A stretch of 63,967 bases of DNA, filler included, from Stramenopiles sp. TOSAG23-3 (Eukaryota): the NCBI GenBank assembly GCA_900128585.1. It is 11 parts of 11 records of this genome, joined end to end, with 100 filler letters (N's around TTAATTAATTAA, not from the genome) between each part and the next. Parts side by side here need not be neighbours in the genome. Positions count along the whole stretch, not along the records: positions 46,661 to 52,367 come from LT643450.1; positions 52,468 to 58,168 come from LT643451.1; positions 58,269 to 63,967 come from LT643452.1; 8 more parts are not named here. One strand, given 5' to 3'. A program made the position numbers and the translations under genes. The notes under the pieces are model-generated. The model saw only the letters and a list, made by a program, of their open reading frames with translations, did no database searches and was not told the DNA's origin. Below, in pieces: positions 50,444 through 61,900 of the stretch; within the stretch, counting starts at the first letter, position 1; each line of letters starts with the position of its first letter.

Positions 50444-52367
50444 ATGGAAAAGAAAAGAAACAAACAAACGTGCAAACACAAACGAACAAACAGAGTAAAC
50501 AAGAAAACAAGAAGAATAAGAGAAGAAACAGATGACGAAAAGGTATATTGGACAATTAATTTGATTATATTGTTGATCGTGCGTTTTCTTTCTTTTTAGA
50601 ATTGAACTGTATAGGACGTGGCGTTTGAGTCGTCCGCGTTCGAGGCGCTGGAAAGGGATTTTCAAGAAGTTCTGCAAGAGTTAGTTGGGGACAAATCATT
50701 AGAACGCTTTCGTGCCGAGTATGAGAAGTTGCACAGGGCTTTGAAGAAGTCTCACGAGCAAGAGAAACGGCTCATCAAGCGCTGCCGCGAGTTAAATGCA
50801 GAGATTGTAAATAACGCGGCGAAGGTCCAAACGGCGTTGAAGCTGTCGCAAGAGGACCAGCACACGATAACCTCCCTGAAGAAAGAGATCGAGAAGGCGT
50901 GGAAGATGGTAGACGCGTCTCACGAGAAGGAAGTCCGTGCCAAAGAAACGATCCAGAAGTTAAAGATGGAGATATCGAACCTGTCCCGGCTCGTGGAGCA
51001 AGGGGCCGGGCTCAGCATAGGCCAGGACAACACCGTGTCCGAGCTGATTAAACTTCGTGACGACCTCAAAAAGCAAGTCGACGACCAAGCCGGCAGCATC
51101 AAGCAGTTGAAGGAGCACATGAACACCCTGAACGGCCGAATAGTTGAGCTGGAAGGCGAGAAGGAAGAAGGTCAGCTGATGATAAAGGAACTGAAAGAGC
51201 AAATCAACCAGAAAGACGCCGAGGCAGACCGAGACAAACGGCGACGCAAACGCCTGGACGAGGAGCTGAAAGACTTGAAGGCACAGCTCGAAAAACGGAT
51301 GCACGAGCAAGGCGGCCTGAACCGTGCGCTCGAAGATAGCAAGGACAAGATTAAAAAACTTGAGATACAGCTGAAGGACACCAGGAACACCATGGAAAAG
51401 CAAGTGCAGGCGATGGATACGCTGTTCGGAAAAACCCAGAAACTAGCGGAGGATTTAGACGAACAAATGATCCAGAACGACGGGCTGACAAAGGAACTGC
51501 AGAGGGTGGAAGGGGAGGTCAAGCTCCGCGACAACCAGATCACCGGCCTTGCGAACGAAAAGTCTGGCGTTCAGCGAAAGTTGGACCGAGAAAAGAAGCA
51601 AGTGGAAATTTTTCGCCAGCGAGTGGGCGATGCCAAACTGGCCCGCGACGTGCTGCAGACGGAGATAAATGGCCTGAGGAAGGACATGGAAATCTCCGCG
51701 CGGCGCGAGGATGAGTTGAGCAAGCAGATTGGGACGCTGAATCAGAAGCTGGAGGTGAAGGACCGGGTCATATCCCGAGAGCAGGACAAGACCAAGGCGC
51801 AAATAGATGCACGGTCCATGCAAGAGCGCCAAACGAAAGCGCTGGAGGAAGACATCCATGTGTACGCGCAGGAAGCTGGGAAACAGAGGAAGCTGATCTA
51901 TCAATTGGAAAAAGATAGAGAAAAGCTTGGTGGTGACGCGGCAGAGTCTGAGGCCAGGTACAAGGGAGTGGTCGAAGACGTCAAGCTCAAAGAAATGCAG
52001 CTCACGGAAATGGGCAAAAAGGTTGCAGAGAGTGAGCAGAAATTGAAGCAGCAACAGCAACTCTACGAGGCGGTCCGAAGCGACCGAAACCTTTACTCAA
52101 AGAACTTGATTGAGTCGCAGGACGAGATTGCTGAAATGAAGCGAAAGTTTAAAATCATGAACCACCAGGTCGAGCAGCTCAAAGAGGAGATCACGGCGAA
52201 GGACCAAGCCCTTGTCAAAGAGCATTTTGACCACCAAAAGGTGGAGAAACAAAGAGAACAGCTCAAGAACGAGCTGAGCAAAATGAAAAAGTTGTTGGAG
52301 GCCAATGCAGAAACGATCGACAGCCAAAACGTTGAGCTCTTGAAACTCACCAACATGATCCAGCAAA
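50444..52367 (+). CDS. CFAP58: Cilia- and flagella-associated protein 58, 3'-truncated, probable intron 50543-50614
   Basis: AFEALERDFQEVLQEL...FRAEYEKLHRALKKSHE and QQLYEAVRSDRNLYSKNLIESQDEIAEMKRKFKIM. A phase-0 72-nt GT..AG intron links it to ATG 50444; this first exon is inferred. Confidence 0.9.
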
Positions 52368-52467
52368 NNNNNNNNNNNNNNNNNNNNNNNNNNNNNNNNN
52401 NNNNNNNNNNNTTAATTAATTAANNNNNNNNNNNNNNNNNNNNNNNNNNNNNNNNNNNNNNNNNNNN
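52368..52467. other. Artificial contig spacer
   Basis: N44-TTAATTAATTAA-N44. Confidence 0.99.
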
Positions 52468-52947
52468 AAAAAATAATCAAAAAATAAAAAATAAAAAAAA
52501 AATAAAAAAATTCATCTGCTCGTAAACAACTGTTTCTACTGTATTAATTATTTTTTATTATATTTTTAATTCAATTATTTTATTTTTCATCAATATATAT
52601 AATGATTTGGGTTCACTGATAATATTATTACATTTACACAGCAGGAAAATTCATCAACCCCAGAGATTTGTTGTTGTTGATGATATGATGATGATGATGC
52701 GAAAATAGAAGAAGAAGTTCGTACCACCGGGTGAAACCGATGATTGACCAAAATGTCGCATCAATATAATTGCCTGTCTTACATTTTAATTGGTCTTTGC
52801 CGACGTTTCAATGCAGAGAACATCTTCACGTTTTATTAGTTCGGAAGGGACATCGTCTTCGTACACAGACTTCTTGCTTTCTGTTCATCTCTGTTAAAGC
52901 AACCAAGCATTTCAGTCAACATCCACTGACCAATATAGATAGAAAAA

Positions 52948-55900
52948 ATGCCCATAAAAGAGTACAAGTATGGACGGGGAATTGGTAACGACCATGAAAC
53001 TACTAATTCTTCGTCCTCGCTTCGCTCGGCTTCTTCGTCTGCCTCTACCCGCTATGGCTCTCGGCCAAGTGCACCGAGAGGGATAGCAATGTTAGAAAAG
53101 AAAATGGCCATACAAGAAGAATACCAATCCATTGGCCACCGAGTAAAAACAACCCTCGATGATTTTGAGGAATACGACAGTCGGGACATTTTCCACGCAA
53201 TGGAAGAGCAGATGTACCAGGAGGAAAAGAAGAGAAAGTCTAGGATTTATCTTCAGGCTGGAGAAGAAAAGGAAATTGTATACAAACGCATCCCAATAGA
53301 GAAGCGTGAAAAGGCCTTCAAAGCGGCCGTAAAACGCAGCAGGGACAGGCTGAAAAATTTGGAGACCAACCTCTTGGCCGTATGCGCTGGACGGCTTGGT
53401 TTACTAAGTGAAGTCGATGTTTGGTTCGAGGAGAAGGGGGACACCATGGACAAAGATGAGCATGAGTGGAACAAATGGGAAGTAGAAGCTGCAATGGAAA
53501 AGGCGGGGGTCATCAGCGAAGAGACGATGATGCAGCAGTTGGAGGAGATTAAGAACATGGTTAGCCATAAGCAATCGAATGCAGCGCGAAAAATTTTGAA
53601 CCTCCATACGAGCATGATACAAGATATGAAATTCACGGTTTCACGGATAATTCAGCACGCAAAAGATGATCTGCAAGCTGTGGAAGAAGAAAACGAAAAA
53701 TACCAATCCACAGTAGACGACCTGATTCTAGAGTCGAGGGAGTACCAAGAAGAGGTTAAAGATTTGAAAAGCAAATCTGCAGAACTTGCTAAAAATTTGA
53801 TGAAAGTGCAAAAGTCAAACGTTCAAAATAAATCGGACAGGAGCAAGGCCATTGCGGCAAAGAACGTCGCCATCGATGAAGCGCGCCACTTGGAGAAGCA
53901 AAATAAGGCTTTCCGGGATGAGCAAGGAGAGATGATGCAAAAAATCGTGGCGATGGAAGGCAATATAAAGCGTGCCGTGGCTCGCGCTGAAATTGCAGAA
54001 GAAGGCCTCAGCAGTGCAGACTCGATGTTGTCAAACGAACGGAACAAGCTCCAGGCGCTCTCCGCTGCAAGCAACGAGGAAAAGCGCATCAATGATATTC
54101 TTAGAGAAAAATTACGAACGAAGGAGACCGAGCTAATAGACGGGAAGAAACGGTATAGCGACTTGATGAATGCGCTTGACATGCAAAATAGGGCACATGA
54201 GAAGATTGTAGAGGATATTACCATGCAACAGGAGTTCGAAACCAAAGAAAAAACCAACCAAATATTTGAACTGTTTCGGTACAACCAGGCAATATGGCAC
54301 GGCTCCCTCCTTGGACAGTTTCTGTCTTTCGCTGCCATCAGCACACCTACTATGGGGGCAGTCGCTGCAGGCGAAGTCAATTTCGAAAAGTTAGATACGT
54401 TGACACGGGAACAAACTGCAGACATCGTCCATCAAGTTGAGACGCAATTTAAAAACCTTAAGCAAACGCAACGAGATCTTTTCGATGGCACCCTGCCCAT
54501 TCCGGAAAAGGACAGGGTGGAGACTACGGGAATGAATGCAGAGGATCTGGAGTCGCTGAGCAAGTCCAAGCTGCGAGCCGCTCAACTTAAGCAACAAAAC
54601 GTCTCTTTCAAAATGCGACTGGCGGCCGAAAAGGAATTAAACGGAGAGCTACGAAAACGCGTGGGTGAAACTACTTCTGTACTAGAAAAGGAGAGACAGG
54701 AGTGGAGAAGCAACCGGCACGATTACGAGGGAAAATTATTCGCTGCAAATCATCTTGCAACCACCAATAAACAATTAATAGAGGAGCATGAGGGTACCCA
54801 AAAAAGACTGCAAGCTACTATCGATAAACTGACAGAAGCTCTTCAGCACGGGGGCGACGAAGAGTCGCAGTTGCGGTTGCTCCTGCAGCGTTTGAAAGAA
54901 CTAGAAGGTGCTCTGACACGCGCAAATTCTGACAGAGCGAAGCAGGAACAAGAGCTACTGCGCCAGCGGCAAGAGATGAACACCCTGAAGCGGTCTTTGG
55001 ACGAAGCATCTACTACAAAAGAAACAAGTTCAGCCCCGATGATGAAAATCACAAAGCTTTCAACGAGAAATAAGAAGGTTCAAAAGACGGACGATGAGCT
55101 GTTGCGTTTACGGGCAAGGGTAAGCATGTTGACAAATGAAATAGCACACTTGAAAGTAGAGTTGAATGCCCTGTACAAAGAGCATGATATTGAGCCCACG
55201 GTCCGCAGCCTGACGCCTCCAAGGATTCACACCCCTGAGGTAAAACTTGTGGAAGTCATTAAGGTCGTTGAAAAAATCAGAATAATTGATAAAACGGGAA
55301 AACATGACGCTGTCGAAAAAGAATTGCTCTCTCAGCAGACACAGACTGACACTCAAAGATCCGATCCAATCATAAAAGTGCGAGTTGAAAAGTCAAAACC
55401 GAATTATGTTCCAAGTTATCGTGAAATAAAGGTCGTTTCCCAGCCCCAAACCAAAGAGGCTGTATCAGTAGGGACACAGACGGACACAGTCGTCGCACAC
55501 AGGCAAATGGAAGACTTAGAGCTCGTGCTAGTCCGCCGAAGCTCTCCCGACGTTGATGATAAACAGCCAAAATATGTTCAAGAACCGTTTGCGCTCAGGG
55601 TGCCAATTCCTTCCGAGCGGGTCAAACAGAAAAAGGTCGTCCAGGTTCGTTCGCCGAGACGACAGCTATCAAACCAACAGAACGATGTTGTGGTGCACGA
55701 AAATATTAGCGCTCCTCAAGAGACGCCTGGTGTTTTCCCTAGCAAGCCCCCCCCCCCCCGAGGTTATGGTAATCCATTCAAACTCGCACCTAGAGAGTAG
55801 GGAAATCTTACGATTGAAGGAGCTGAACGCTATTTTAGAGCATATTCACAAGAAGCAAGAAGCGGAAGTTGAGCGCTTGAGGACGCAAGTTCAGCACCTT

Positions 55901-57226
55901 ACAGGTCTACTCACTGGAAGTGCCGACGACAGCAGAAGAAGTCATCAAGTGGATACAATGATACAGACCCAAATTGACGAATTTCTTATGATTTTAAATA
56001 GCCAAGCAACCGAATTGTCAAATGCCCACACAGTTATCAAGGAAATGACGAAGGCCATCAAGGCGACATCCGAGAATCACTGGTACCAGCAGCACGAACA
56101 CGAACGCAAAGTGGCAGGGATGAAAATCGCTTACTCCAGGCTTTGGAACGAATACGAACGCCTGAAAAATGCCCCAATCGACCCCAATTTAATAATTAAA
56201 GGTATACCGACGGGCAATGCTGGGTTTGCCCCAACGCAGGCTTTAACTGCTTCGCATGCACCAGTTTTGAAGCCAAAGCAATCTGAATTTAAAGAGCAGA
56301 GATTACAGCGTATTCTTGCTACAGACAGTGCACTTCACAGGCCATTAACCCCAGAGACATTTCCAACCGAAGAATTTTCGGTCGTGTTGCGCATGGAAGA
56401 AAATCGTGCGAGAGCAACTGTGAATAGATCGCACATGGTCAAAAATTCGCCCTTTTCCAGCGGGGACGTGCAAGCAATAGAAGGGTTTCGGCCAGGGAAA
56501 GTATTGAAGGCGTTGCCCACTAACCCTGCCGATCGGAAAACGTTGGCAGATGACCCACTAGCAGATTACCGAATCAATTGTGGCCCGCTGTTGTCTGAAA
56601 ATGCAAAACAGACGGAACCGATCAAGGTTCCGAAGAAAAGAACCGCTTGTTACAGTGCAAAGCGGAGCAAAACGCCAAAAATCCCGAAACCGTTGTGTCG
56701 GGGAAAAATAAATGGGCGCGCCCTCAAAAAACACAACAAATCTGTGGAAGCTCCCGAACAGGTGCTGCCTGAGCGAGACTCTCTTGTTAGTGGACGCCCC
56801 GGGCTGCCATTTCGTCCTTCATCGACTTCTGCCAGACGGTATTACAGAAACAATGCTCGTTTTCTCTTTGAAGGAGACGAAGTGAGGAAGCAGACGTCCG
56901 TATATAGTATCAGCAAGCAAACAGAGCAGGAATTGAAGGAACGCCTCCTCTCTGGGCATGGAGGAAGCGGCCCCGACGCGGTAGAGTCTTGGTGGAAGAT
57001 ATTTCTGCAGGATGAACGCGAGCCCCAGCCAAGTAACATACAGTCATGTTCTTCGGATCTGTTGGAACAGTTTGAACTAACCGCCAAATTTCAGTACGAT
57101 CAAAAGCTAAAGACGAATAGCAGATTCCTGAAGCAGCGCAACGATGAGAAACAAGAAAAGAAGGCTGCGAAAGGAGCCAACCAAAACAAAAGTGCGCGTG
57201 CAATTAATATAATACTACCTTCGTGA
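52948..57226 (+). CDS. Long coiled-coil protein split into two frames at a C13 tract (55747-55759)
   Basis: ORFs 52948-55800 and 55553-57226 join if one C is removed, or via a 31-nt GT-AG intron at 55763-55793. Confidence 0.7.
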
Positions 57227-57392
57227 ATGCGGCGGTGTCAAAAAAAGTTAAGAGTAATTCAGTACTATAAAAGAACAAATTATTTTTTTTTAAAACTAAC
57301 AAATTATATAGTATTATAATACCAGTACATGCTCCACAAATACAAATACAATGCGCGAGCTTGACAATAAGAATTTAGGGAAAACTGCCGTG

Positions 57393-57956
57393 CTACTGCA
57401 CTGTGCAACATCCGCCGCAGCCTGGTTTTGGTGGCTGCACGGCGACGACGGCGTCGTCGCTTTCTCGACCAATGTCTGTCGGCCTTTTGCTCTCTCCGCA
57501 ATCCTTTGCCCCCTGGGCTCCTTTCGCAGAAGCCAGGGCCAACAGAGGGAGCAAGCCTATCCCTGCGTCCAGAGAATTGCTGGACTTGAAAATATCTATC
57601 GCTTCCCTAGTTATATCAAAATTCCCGTTCGGCTGGTCCATAGGACCATCACTTTCCCTATCGACCTCCCGCGGGTCCTCCTGTTCCCCCTGGGTACCAC
57701 TCGCCGACTCCGACGAGTCGTCCTCAAAGTTAACCTCTTCCCTACCGGAGGGTTTCTTTTTGAATTTATGAGTTACTCGATTTTCTATGGTTTTCCGCAG
57801 TTCCAGAGCTTCCTGTTCAGCGACTAAAAGCGGATTGGCTTCCAAGACCCCACCCGTGTCCACCTCATTCCACGAATATGCCGTATGCCCTATGGGCACA
57901 CTCTCCGATGACACCCACGAAAATTCTGTGTGCCCAAACGGTACGCCCTTGGGCAT
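57393..57956 (-). CDS. Small acidic protein with C-terminal CaaX and upstream cysteines
   Basis: Ends GCGGCCTVQ-stop; internal VP[FI]GHT..SW duplication. Confidence 0.6.
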   Translation of the reverse strand: MPKGVPFGHTEFSWVSSESVPIGHTAYSWNEVDTGGVLEANPLLVAEQEALELRKTIENRVTHKFKKKPSGREEVNFEDDSSESASGTQGEQEDPREVDRESDGPMDQPNGNFDITREAIDIFKSSNSLDAGIGLLPLLALASAKGAQGAKDCGESKRPTDIGRESDDAVVAVQPPKPGCGGCCTVQ

Positions 57957-58168
57957 TGCTCTTTCTACGCGTTGCCTAGTCGTCCAAAGTGCAACGCAGG
58001 TTGCTCAGTTGTTTACTATTCTATACGAAACCATAGATTCTTGGTTTCGTGGAACGTTGGGAAAGGACGTCACATAATACCATCATTTCGAAGCCATGAA
58101 TGCAAAAATAGAAGCCTCGAAACTCACAGAGTGCGTGGCCGAGCTAGATGCTCTTCTAAAAGCAAAAA

Positions 58169-58268
58169 NNNNNNNNNNNNNNNNNNNNNNNNNNNNNNNN
58201 NNNNNNNNNNNNTTAATTAATTAANNNNNNNNNNNNNNNNNNNNNNNNNNNNNNNNNNNNNNNNNNNN
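58169..58268. other. Artificial contig spacer
   Basis: N44-TTAATTAATTAA-N44. Confidence 0.99.
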
Positions 58269-58270
58269 GA

Positions 58271-58330
<60 letters not shown>

Positions 58331-58737
58331 AACAAACAAACAAACAACAAACAAACAAAGAAAAAAAGAAAGAAAAAAAGAAAGAAAGAAAAAAGAAAGA
58401 AAGAAAGAAGAAGAAGGAGAAGAAGGAGAAGAAGAAGAAAGAAGAAGAAAGAAGAAGAAGAGGAAGAAGCCTTAGCAGACGACAAGCACCGGTAGAAAAA
58501 CTCTTTCTTCTACTTGGGTACCACAGCATACATTTCTCATCCCCCCCGCGCCCCGTGCTGTCCAAAAGCCAAAAGCGCAGCAGAGAAAGAGGAAGAAGAA
58601 TGATGAATAAAAAATTAAAAGAAGAAGAAGAAGAAAAGAAGAAGAAGAAAAGAAGAAGAGAAGAAAAGAAGAAGAAAAGAAGAAGAAGAAAAGAAGAAGA
58701 GAAGAAAAGAAGAAGAAAAGAAGAAGAAGAGAAGAGA
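58269..58737. repeat. (GAAA)n/(GAA)n microsatellite block with a roughly 110-bp complex insert
   Basis: Purine repeats on both sides of 58470-58582. Confidence 0.9.
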
Positions 58738-58911
58738 ATAATGATCATCATACATCATCACAATTTTTCTTTTTTTATTTTCTACTCGTCGTATCACAAA
58801 ACACTATTAATACCGTACCGACTCGAGAAAGGAACATCAAAAACACACATAAACCCAACGAACGAAAGAAGTCTTTATTTATTCAATGAAAGTTTTTGTC
58901 TATGACAGGCA

Positions 58912-61900
58912 ATGGCAAATTATTCCGTACGCCCGACCCTACACCGCTTTAACGAAAAAATGCCAAAGAATCCGTCCGTGTCTTTTTGCTTTAGAAACTA
59001 CAAAGAGCTTAGCCGAAATAAAAATGGTAGCGACAACCGGCCGAGCAAACCGCCCTCGCTCATGCGTTTAAAGTCGGGGACAGATGGTCATGAAGAAATA
59101 GCCGAGTTTGTCGAGAAAAAATTCGGCAGTGATAAAAGTGTTGTCTTGTATGTCCTGGAAAAAATATCGGAGTCTTTCAAAGCGGGGAATATTACGTATA
59201 AGGAGAAAACAAGGTTGAAAAAACTGCTGCTTAATGACAAAAAGGGACTTTTCACGGTCATGGCAGAAAGTGTTACTTTCGATAAATGGAAAAAATATTG
59301 TGTAATGTGCGACAAAAAAATAGAAAGCAGGTTAAAAGGCATTAAGTGTGAAACGCAGTCGCACTTTACCTGCGCGGCTTGTTTAGACAAATGGGTTGGG
59401 CAGTTTACTTTTGAAAGTCTTACAATAGCGCGTGCGGAAGGGTTTAATTTTCAAGACTTGTTCGTCCGTCGTGGGCACATTATGTGCCCTGCTGCTGCTT
59501 CTGGAAATTGCAATTCAGACCATTATGGCGATCATGAAATATCGATACTCTTGTCGCAAAGCGTTTGTTGTAGGTTTATTACCACCTTGTTGTACGCAAC
59601 AGAATCTAACAAACTTGTACATGATATGGAAGAGCAATTATTAAAAGCCGTAGAAGGTCCCGGAATAAACGATGGGACAGACGAATGCACAAGCAGAGCA
59701 CAAGCGTTGAAAAAAGCAATCCCGAACAGTCGCATGTGCAATCGCTGTTTGCTTGGCCCTCTTGTCAATTCGAATGGCAATACAGAAAAGGAAAACGATA
59801 GTTTCTTTTGTCCGCGTTGTGGGCTTGAAAGCACAAATTTGTCTGATCGATTAGTCTGGGATGGTAGACTGCCGTGTGAGTCCATGGTTTTGAATTCAAA
59901 TTGCAATGGCAGTAGTAAAAGTAACGAGAATGAAGAGGGACCACAATATGGTTCGCTAATTAGGAAAGAAATTAGAAAGGGAAATAAAATAGAGACAGAA
60001 ATATTCCCAATTACGACACAAATGGGAAAAGCTAAGATGATATTGCCTCGTAACGATGGAGTAAATGTCCTGGAGTTGAATTGGTCCCTTGCAAATGGTT
60101 CGAAGGCTTACATGTATACACGAAAACAATTAGCGCACACATTTGAGAAAAAACCGTTGTTGCGTAACGTAGTGAAAAATATAGAACAGTTAGAAAGAGA
60201 CATAAAAGAGCAAAAACTACGCATTGAAAAATTAAAGATTAGTTCGGGCCAATTAAGAGCAGAAGTCTTAAATGGTCGTACAAAAAAAATTAATAGGAAA
60301 CATCTTCAAAAATGTTTTGAAAAAAAGAAATGTTGCGTTGAATTTCTATTAAAGACGCACCGGCCAAAATTTGTAAAACAAAAGGATATGTTGTTGGAAG
60401 AAGCAAAGAAGTTAAATGAAGAAATTGCAGCGCATGCGGAAGAAGTTGAAAAGGAACAGAGTCTTGTATTGCCAATAGTGCAGCAACAGGAAGCACTCAT
60501 TAAAAAAGTAGAGGGAATCCTAACGCCAGTGTCGCTTGAGTTCGACGCTACGTGCGCAGAGTTACAGCGTCATAGGCGCGGTGAGCTAGAAGAGTTTTGC
60601 TTGCTGCGTAGACCCAGTCCACCAATGTTGCTAGTAGCTGAAGCATTAGGCATTTTGTTTGGGTTGAAACCACGTAGGTCAAATGGGCCACGGGTATGGA
60701 GAGAAGTTCAACAAATGATACGAAGAGACCGCTACCGCTTTCTTTCAACTCAACTCAGAGAGTATGACAGAGACAACATCCCAAAAAAAATTATTCGAAA
60801 ATTAGGAAGGATTATTAACGATGAATCTTTTTGTCCAGATGTATTGCGCAGACAACAAGCTTATGCATCAACTCTCTGTCGATGGGTGCGCATTATATAT
60901 AAATGGCATTTTGTGGAAAAAGAATGTCATCCGATAAAACAAGAACTAATACTGCTCCGTGAAAAACTTGACAATGAACGAAATATAGAAATACTAAATC
61001 AACAAAACAAAAGACAGAAGGATATTACAAAAAAATTATCCAAAGTCTCCGATTTAGAGAAATGCCTGAATGCTTTATTGGCTGTTGAAACTGTGATGAA
61101 AGATGAAAGGAGCTTAAAAGAAAGTAAAGGTTGTCTTAAATCAATAGACTCAAGTTTAAGAACGTACGAAAAAACGATGTTAACAGTGTCGTTCTTAAAT
61201 GATTCCAACAGCAAATTAATCACGTATATCCATCGTGGTGACGTTGAAGCAGTAAGAAACCTAATTGAACAAAGCAATTGTGCTATCAATTGTGTCGTTG
61301 GAGGGTCTACCCCTTTGTGCACTGCGATAAAAGGGGGGTTTACCGTTGTATTTGATTACTTAATGCAACAGCCAAATCTTGATATAAACAAATGCTCGTC
61401 GGCTACGGGAACAACTCCGTTACGGCTTGCCGTACACCATAATCGCGTTGAAATGATCGCTCGTCTGCTAATGGAACCGGATATTATCCCATCGCTCTGG
61501 ATTCGGAGCAGATTCGATTTGTACCATGAAGGTTTTCCTATAAAATTCCGGGAAAATGAAGCTATTCTAAACGCAAACTGGGGGAGTGCCCAAGATGTTC
61601 TTTCTAAAGTGAAACAGTTGAGGAAGAAAGGCCCATTTCAGGTCTCAGAAAGAGAAATTGGGCGGGGACCAGGGCCTTGGATTAACAATTTTCTGGGAGC
61701 AGGGTTTACGAAGACATTGTATCTCGCAACAGACAGCGACATATACAGCTATGACGAAAAGGCTTTCGTTGGGCCTCTGTTGCCTAAGAATGCTTTAATT
61801 ACGAGTGCATTTTACGGGAAGGCAATCGATGTCACGGACCATGTCAACGCTATGCAGCAGGGTGATCGGATCACCTGTATTGCTCTGGGTTGTGACCCAT

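Noticed and set aside
57957-58168. Two in-frame TGA codons upstream of the CaaX ORF suggesting recoding or selenocysteine
   Set aside because: The extension resembles no family, and TGA is a normal stop in many genes here (e.g. 11394, 45850).
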